Source: Dehalococcoidia bacterium | GTDB lineage: Bacteria; Chloroflexota; Dehalococcoidia; GIF9; UBA5629 | Direction of reading: 5' to 3' | Assembly (NCBI GenBank): GCA_041653995.1 | Contig: JBAZEK010000001.1 | Coordinates: forward strand, 1,030,613 to 1,094,612 | DNA length: 64,000 nt | In this document: in pieces, positions 58,107 to 64,000 of the stretch | Numbering within the stretch: the stretch's first letter is position 1 | Layout of the letters: every line of letters begins with the position of its first letter | Notes under the pieces: generated by a model | What the model was told of the DNA's origin: nothing | The model's input: only the letters and a program-made list of their open reading frames with translations | The model's database searches: none | Position numbers and translations under genes: made by a program

Positions 58107-60068
58107 ATGCAGCAAATGTACTCTTGTCCAAACTGTAGAGCGCTTATTCAGTATGGACAGCCGTATTGCAGCAACTGCGGTATGACCTTTAATTGGCCTC
58201 CTCCACAACCGCCTCCTTACCCATACCCCAACCAGCAATATATGTACGGCAATCAGGGGGCTATGCCGCCCGGGAAAAGCTCGATGGGCGGTTTTGTCTG
58301 GTTTATTGTGATATTGCTGATCGTCGGCGGAGCGATCGGCGGCTTCTATTACGCTACGAACGGAGATGTCTTGAAATGGTTCACCCCACCCTCCGTAACA
58401 TCCTTCGACGCCAGTCCCAAGTCCATCACGTCGGGAGGGACGGCAACATTAAACTGGGCCGTCATGGGGGCTCAATCGGTCTCCATCAGCCCCGACATCG
58501 GGACCGTGTCATCCAGCGGTTCGCAGGCTGTGAATCCTGATAAAACGACCGAGTACACACTGACCGCCTCCAATTTATCCGGCTCCTCCCGCGCCTGGGC
58601 CACCGTTACAGTTACAGCTCCGAGCAAGCCGGCCATCAGCAGCTTCAGTTCCAATCCGGGCACTATCACCGCCGGGCAGTCGGCCACATTATCATGGAAT
58701 GTTACGGGGGCAACCTCGGTTTCCATCAGTCCCGCTGTCGGCAACGTATCATCGAGCGGCTCAAAGACAGTGACACCCACCGAGACAACCAGCTACACGA
58801 TCACCGCCGTCAACGACGCCGGCTCGTCTACAACAACAGCCAAAGTTACGGTGAATCCGTCCGGACCACCGACGATCGCCAGTTTTACAGCCAGCCCGGC
58901 CTCTATCACCTCAGGCGGGAGTTCGACGCTGTCCTGGACCGTCAGCGGCGCAACCTCTGTTACCATTAACCAGGGTGTGGGCACAGTATCGACTTCCGGA
59001 ACCAGGTCGGTATCGCCCTCCACCACAACCACCTACACCCTTACAGCCGGCAACAGCCTGGGCAGCTCCACCGCGACGGCCGCTGTCACGGTCACGGCGG
59101 CAGGCATACCCGTCATAACCATATTCACCGCCAGCCCGTCGCCGATTACCGCAGGGGACAATATGACACTGTCGTGGACCGTAACGGGGGCGACAACGAT
59201 CAATATCTTGCCAGGTGTCGGAACAGTATCGGCAACAGGAACGCGCACTCTGATCCCCGCTGCGACCACCACCTATACGCTAACCGCCACCAACACTAAC
59301 GGCCCGGCGACCGCGACAGCGACGGTGACGGTGGCTTCGGAAGGCCCACCGGTAATCAGCTCGTTTTACCCATCTCCCGTCACCGTTACCTCCGGATCGT
59401 CTTCGACACTGCACTGGACTGTTGCGGATGCGACGGAGGTATCCATTACCCCCGGCATCGGCGTCGTATCTGCCACCGGATTAGAGACGGTAACGCCTTT
59501 ATCCACAACCACCTATGTATTAACCGCCTTTAACAGCCACGGCACAATCACGGCGACGACCGCTGTCACAGTGGCCCCGGCAGGCTATCCCGCGATCAGC
59601 TTCTTCAATGCCGTCCCGGCCTCGGTCGCGTCGGGACAATCGACAACGTTATCATGGACCGTCACTGGGGCGAGCACGGTCTCCATCAACCAGGGCATAG
59701 GCGCCGTTTCGGCCTCGGGTTCCAGGACAATAACTCCCGCCGCCACCACCACATACACAATTACCGCAACCAACGGCTCCGGCTCTGTTGCTGCTTCAGC
59801 TACGGTAACCGTAACGACAACCTCAGGTACGCCTCCGGTAATAGATTCTTTCGGAGCTTCGCCCACTACCATCTCGCCCGGAGGATCATCGCTGCTGAAC
59901 TGGTCCATAACGGGAGCAACTTCCATCTCAATCGAACCCGATATAGGCGAGCCATCATCGTGGGGCTATCAGGACGTATATCCCACGGAGACCACGACTT
60001 ATACCCTGACCGCCTTCAACAGCGCGGGTTCGGATACAGCCACAGTGACCGTGACGGTAACTCCCTGA
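58107..60068 (+). CDS. MQQMYxCPxC zinc-ribbon / TM / tandem Ig-like-repeat surface protein (seven ~90-aa repeats)
   Basis: N-terminus MQQMYSCPNCRALIQYGQPYCSNCGMTFNW, a P-rich linker, one TM helix, then seven repeats of the pattern SFxAxPxxITxGxSxTLSWxVxGAxxVxIxxGVGxVSxSGxxxVxPxxTTxYTLTA. Confidence 0.65.
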   Translation: MQQMYSCPNCRALIQYGQPYCSNCGMTFNWPPPQPPPYPYPNQQYMYGNQGAMPPGKSSMGGFVWFIVILLIVGGAIGGFYYATNGDVLKWFTPPSVTSFDASPKSITSGGTATLNWAVMGAQSVSISPDIGTVSSSGSQAVNPDKTTEYTLTASNLSGSSRAWATVTVTAPSKPAISSFSSNPGTITAGQSATLSWNVTGATSVSISPAVGNVSSSGSKTVTPTETTSYTITAVNDAGSSTTTAKVTVNPSGPPTIASFTASPASITSGGSSTLSWTVSGATSVTINQGVGTVSTSGTRSVSPSTTTTYTLTAGNSLGSSTATAAVTVTAAGIPVITIFTASPSPITAGDNMTLSWTVTGATTINILPGVGTVSATGTRTLIPAATTTYTLTATNTNGPATATATVTVASEGPPVISSFYPSPVTVTSGSSSTLHWTVADATEVSITPGIGVVSATGLETVTPLSTTTYVLTAFNSHGTITATTAVTVAPAGYPAISFFNAVPASVASGQSTTLSWTVTGASTVSINQGIGAVSASGSRTITPAATTTYTITATNGSGSVAASATVTVTTTSGTPPVIDSFGASPTTISPGGSSLLNWSITGATSISIEPDIGEPSSWGYQDVYPTETTTYTLTAFNSAGSDTATVTVTVTP

Positions 60069-60379
60069 CGTTTTGAACCTGCAATACGTTTGCGTTCAAC
60101 TAAAAACCGGTATAGCTATAGCGAACCAATCATTACAGGGAATCGCTATAATCCGGTGCACTTATACAGCGATGGAACCCGGCAATAACCGGATGCTACT
60201 TCTTCTTGGCTGTGCCCTTTTTAGCTTTGGTCGGCTTACCCTTTGTCTTCGGCGGATTGTGAGCAGCGCACGTCTTGCACATAATATCCTCCTCGCCTTG
60301 AAGCTGTCTCCTTACTTCCGATAATAGTTATTCCGTTTAAAGCTGTCAAATTAAAAGGCATACATACTTAAAAGGTCGA

Positions 60380-61465
60380 TCAAGGGGTGCATGTGATGGT
60401 AAAACTCGCCTGGTTCGACATCATCGGCAACGGGGTAAGGATGCTCACCCTTTCCCAGTACGTGACATTGGAGGCCACATAGATCATCCAGCTCGTTGAT
60501 ACGGTCTTGGTGCCGGCCGCGCTGAAGACGAGGGTCTCCACCGGGCCTGTCGCGCCGTCGATACGCTCCCATCTATATGTTACCGTGCAGGGCCCGTCGA
60601 CAGTGATATCAGCGGACGTGGTAACAGTTTTCGGGCACGGGCCGGTATAGTTGGACGGATTTGCCGTAGCTACAGCGCTTGTCACCTTGGGAGGACCCGA
60701 CCAGCCGCCTCCACCGGGCGGAGTTGCGGGAGGCGGTGTTATCGGTACCGGCGTCCCTACCACAAATGTTCCGACCTGGACTGTTTTTGTAGCTGTCCCA
60801 CCACAGCCGGTGGCTGTCAGTACATAGGTTGTAGAAGTTGTCGGATAAACCACGCGTGAGCCCGGTGACCCCACTTCACCGAAGCCGCCGGGTGAAAGAA
60901 CAACAGAATTCACCAGTTCCCCCGACGTTCCGTTGGTTACCGGACCCCATTCCAGTGTAACCGCCTTGCCGGATTCAACAAAACCGGGATTCGCCTCAAA
61001 ATGGGAAAAAATAGGTGCTCCGGGACATCCGGCGGGCGAGGGTTGCTGCGGTTGGCCCGGTTGCGATGGCTGTTGCGGCTGGCCCGGTTGCGACGGTTGC
61101 TGCGGCGTCCCTGTTCCTGCCACTTCAACCATAACCTCGCGTCTGAGCACAGTGCTGCCTATATCTATCATAAGAGCATAGACGGTGGATTCGGACGGGC
61201 ATACCTGCTTCTGGCCGGAGGCATTCACCGGTTGGCCTTGCAGTTCCACTCCAAAGAAACCTTCGCCCTGAATACTCCAGTTCAGATTAACGCATTCTCC
61301 CGGCTGAATAGTGTTTCTGTCCGTTGTGAAAACTATTTGCGGTTCCCCGGGGGGCTGAGCGCCCTGCGGCGTGCCCGGAGCAACTTCACTTCCTCCCCGG
61401 CATGTGCAGCTGACAGTGGCCAGCATGATCGCAATAAGCACTACAGCAAATACACTTCTACACAT
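60380..61465 (-). CDS. lipoprotein with PSQPGQPQQ repeats and Ig-like domains
   Basis: Signal/lipobox (ATVSC). Tandem 27-30-bp DNA repeats encode PQQPSQPGQ. Ig-like repeats are related to the neighbouring genes. Confidence 0.55.
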   Translation of the reverse strand: MCRSVFAVVLIAIMLATVSCTCRGGSEVAPGTPQGAQPPGEPQIVFTTDRNTIQPGECVNLNWSIQGEGFFGVELQGQPVNASGQKQVCPSESTVYALMIDIGSTVLRREVMVEVAGTGTPQQPSQPGQPQQPSQPGQPQQPSPAGCPGAPIFSHFEANPGFVESGKAVTLEWGPVTNGTSGELVNSVVLSPGGFGEVGSPGSRVVYPTTSTTYVLTATGCGGTATKTVQVGTFVVGTPVPITPPPATPPGGGGWSGPPKVTSAVATANPSNYTGPCPKTVTTSADITVDGPCTVTYRWERIDGATGPVETLVFSAAGTKTVSTSWMIYVASNVTYWERVSILTPLPMMSNQASFTITCTP

Positions 61466-61683
61466 TTCAAAACCTCCTCAGTATCATAGCAGTGTGCTGA
61501 GTCCCGACAATACAAACCCGTTAAGGACATATTAAAAGAAATCCCTGGAATCGGCAATCAAGACGATGGTCCCGGCTGATAGAACGTATGATCGGCCTGC
61601 TGACCGCCGGGATTGATTAATGCCGGAGGCAAGATCCCGTTATTGACACCGGGACACATCAGAATCTACAATACTTATCTGAA

Positions 61684-62109
61684 ATGCCGATTGCTTCTTA
61701 TACGCATACCATTGCCACTGTGCTGGGCTTTATTTGCGCGATAGTCTGCGCCGCCCTCATGCTGAACTTGAAGACGGATGAGCAGAGGCTTAAAAGGGCG
61801 CGCATCGCACGTCGCATAGCGCCTGTAACCTGGGTCGCCTTTATCGCGCTTATTATCAGCGGAATCTTTCTGGCCCTGGACAAGAATGACCTCAATGTCT
61901 ATGTATTGGGAGCGAAGCACCTGCTGGTGTTAATACTGCTGGTCGACGCCCTGCTGATTCACTTCCGCTATTTCCCGCGATTTTTCAAACAGATCGGATC
62001 ACCCGAGTTCGCTAAAACATACACGGTGATGCGCCGCATCGGCGCACTGTCCGTTTCCTGCTGGATCATCATCCTTGTGCTTTCGGTCCTGCTTGACCGT
62101 TTGACTTAG
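61684..62109 (+). CDS. small integral membrane protein
   Basis: 141 aa with four TM helices. Confidence 0.45.
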   Translation: MPIASYTHTIATVLGFICAIVCAALMLNLKTDEQRLKRARIARRIAPVTWVAFIALIISGIFLALDKNDLNVYVLGAKHLLVLILLVDALLIHFRYFPRFFKQIGSPEFAKTYTVMRRIGALSVSCWIIILVLSVLLDRLT

Positions 62110-62151
62110 GCTCTTGTTCCCATTTCCTGCGCAAAGACTATAATATCAGCT

Positions 62152-62439
62152 ATGAAAGGCGCCTGGTACGTTTATATAGTCGAGTGCAGTGAGGGTACCC
62201 TTTACACAGGCATCACTAACAATATTGATAAGCGTATAAGGGATCACAATGCAGGGATCGGTTCCAGGTACACCAAAGGGAGGAGGCCTGTTAAATTGCT
62301 CGGGAAGTGGGATTGTGCCGACAAATCACATGCAGCTAAAATGGAGTATAAAATAAAGCGCCTTTCCAGATCAGATAAACTGAGGGCAATCATGGGAATG
62401 GTAAAATCAAAAGGAGAAGGGGAACTTGATCAACGTTAA
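62152..62439 (+). CDS. GIY-YIG nuclease superfamily protein (UPF0213-like)
   Basis: WYVYIVECSEGTLYTGITNNIDKRIRDHN is the GIY-YIG signature. Confidence 0.85.
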   Translation: MKGAWYVYIVECSEGTLYTGITNNIDKRIRDHNAGIGSRYTKGRRPVKLLGKWDCADKSHAAKMEYKIKRLSRSDKLRAIMGMVKSKGEGELDQR

Positions 62440-63448
62440 GACTGTTCTGTGTATTATATTGGCTGGATTGGCAACCATTTTATGCGGTTGCATTCCTGCG
62501 GTGGTGGTATCCGATATCCCGGCCCGCAACTGGGTAATGAGCGTCGTGACCAACGAAAACTCAGCCTGGACCAGAGGAGCGCAGCTGTTCGCCGACCTGG
62601 TCAAACAACGCAGCGGCGGCCGGATTCAGATAACAGTTCATCCCGATGCCGGGCTGGCGGGCGGCAACCAGGTGAACGAACTGACCATGCTGCGGGACGG
62701 CAACATTAATTTCACCTATCACTCCAATTTGCTTTATTCCAATCTCGACCAATCGTTCGCGGCCATTTCCATGCCGTGGTTGTTCACGGACTATGCGCAG
62801 GTCGATGCGGCGCTGTCAGGTGCGGCCGGCAGCGAGCTGTTGAAGGAGACGGAAGCCTACGGCATAGTCGGCCTGGCCTACGGCGAGAACGGTTTTCGCC
62901 AGTTGACCAACAGCAAGCTCGCGGTACGTGGACCCGACGACATGCACGGTTTGAAGATCCGTATCCCCGATGTAGGGCTATATAACTCGATTTACACAGA
63001 ACTGGGCGCCACCCCCATAATAATGAACTTCCCCGAGGTTACCGGCGCACTCAAGCAGGGACAAATCGACGGCCAGGAGAATCCCGTGGACATTATTGTG
63101 TCCTCCCGGCTCTACGAGGTACAGAACCATATTACCGTCTGGAACTACTCCTACGACGCCCTTATCCTGGGAATGAACAAGAAGGACTGGGACGGTTTAC
63201 CCGCCGCTGCACAGAATATTATCAGGCAGGCGGCAATCGAAGCTTCACAGGAACAGGTAAAGCTGTCTCGCGATGCCGCCCGGACGAAGTTGAGCCTGTT
63301 GCGTGATAAGGGCATGGCTGTAACCGAACTGACACCGGACCAGGTTAAAGCATTTCGGACTGCGACAGAACCGGTATATGCGGAATGGTCGGGTAAGATC
63401 GAACCCCATATTCAAAAGTTATGGGAGATCAGGAGCCTGTCCCAGTAG
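62426..63448 (+). CDS. TRAP transporter substrate-binding protein (DctP family)
   Basis: Signal peptide, a DctP-type fold length and motifs. No DctQM genes lie in the window downstream. Confidence 0.8.
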   Translation: MINVKTVLCIILAGLATILCGCIPAVVVSDIPARNWVMSVVTNENSAWTRGAQLFADLVKQRSGGRIQITVHPDAGLAGGNQVNELTMLRDGNINFTYHSNLLYSNLDQSFAAISMPWLFTDYAQVDAALSGAAGSELLKETEAYGIVGLAYGENGFRQLTNSKLAVRGPDDMHGLKIRIPDVGLYNSIYTELGATPIIMNFPEVTGALKQGQIDGQENPVDIIVSSRLYEVQNHITVWNYSYDALILGMNKKDWDGLPAAAQNIIRQAAIEASQEQVKLSRDAARTKLSLLRDKGMAVTELTPDQVKAFRTATEPVYAEWSGKIEPHIQKLWEIRSLSQ

Positions 63449-63612
63449 CCGCAAGCTACACGGATCGTTTCAACGCTATCATATGGCAGCCATCTGCCGG
63501 CACTATCTGATATTGACCGATATTAATCAGACTTATACAATGTAACTTAACGAACACTTACTTTTTCCACTATCAATAAACGCAGATCAGTCTTGCAATA
63601 TAGGAGGCAGCA

Positions 63613-64000
63613 GTGAAAAAAAACATAGCATCTCAGATATTGGTGGCGATTCTTACTCTGGCTTTATTGTTTGTATCTGCGCCCGTCGTCGCTGATTCCG
63701 GTCTCACCAGCGGGTTTGTAAAAATCAAGGACTGGGATGAGACACATGAAGCCTTCAGTTTTTCATCGGGACAAGTTGCCTGGGGCAGCGGCGACTTCTT
63801 TATTTCACCCAGAGGGATCCATGTTTTTGAATCTCCCGGCATCATCGATATGGGTTTGGTATATCTTGACGATGTAGGCGAGGCGCCGGCAGCGGGATAT
63901 GTGGAGATGGCTGCGCCGGTTGATGGTCATACATATGTTGTGCGCTCCAATGGAAAGTACGGTAAATTCTATCTCGAGGAGACCTATGATTGGCTGACCC
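63613..64000 (+). CDS. secreted hypothetical protein (partial, runs off window end)
   Basis: AGGAGG RBS, a GTG start and a signal peptide (KKNIASQILVAILTLALLFVSAPVVA). The frame stays open to the window end and is not in the supplied track. Confidence 0.45.
   Translation, partial: MKKNIASQILVAILTLALLFVSAPVVADSGLTSGFVKIKDWDETHEAFSFSSGQVAWGSGDFFISPRGIHVFESPGIIDMGLVYLDDVGEAPAAGYVEMAAPVDGHTYVVRSNGKYGKFYLEETYDWLT

Noticed and set aside
58380-60060. Possible CRISPR-like periodicity
   Set aside because: The periodic ~270-bp repeats are protein-coding Ig-like domain repeats, not short direct repeats with spacers. No CRISPR array was seen anywhere in the window.

Overview
This is a high-GC (roughly 55-65%) bacterial chromosomal window. 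It holds metabolic, regulatory and stress genes: enoyl-CoA hydratase, AtuA-like, nitroreductase, a GH10-like hydrolase, SDR, MFS, GNAT, HtrA, an ECF sigma/anti-sigma pair, aquaporin, rhodanese, RsgA, PerR-KatG, CorC/HlyC, Xth, PanE, two HD-GYP proteins, DegV, GIY-YIG and a TRAP SBP. It also holds two MazEF-type toxin-antitoxin loci and a sulfur-trafficking cluster (ArsR-DsrE-TusA-membrane-CCG FeS). There is one tRNA-Ala plus a four-tRNA cluster (Val-TAC, Arg-GCG, Leu-CAG, Val-CAC). Several secreted or surface proteins have N-terminal zinc ribbons, low-complexity PQQPGY tracts and tandem Ig/FN3-like domains. The standout feature is a ~12.1-kb low-GC (~35%) integrative island at 31092-43194 inserted into the 3' end of tRNA-Val(TAC). 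It is bounded by a perfect 51-bp direct repeat and carries a tyrosine integrase, an Xis-like HTH, XRE regulators, a putative HUH rolling-circle Rep, a Cas4-like nuclease and a zinc-ribbon protein. Its cargo includes three secreted thioredoxin-fold (TlpA-like) proteins that share a duplicated promoter, leader and signal peptide but have diversified C-terminal bodies (beta-propeller, double Trx with coiled coil, FN3). Two copies of an ~85-bp MITE-like palindromic intergenic element, a TA cassette flanked by 24-bp direct repeats, and a 39-bp perfect palindrome after katG were also seen. All coordinates derived by hand (tRNAs, repeats, promoters) are approximate to within about 2 nt. No homology searches could be run.
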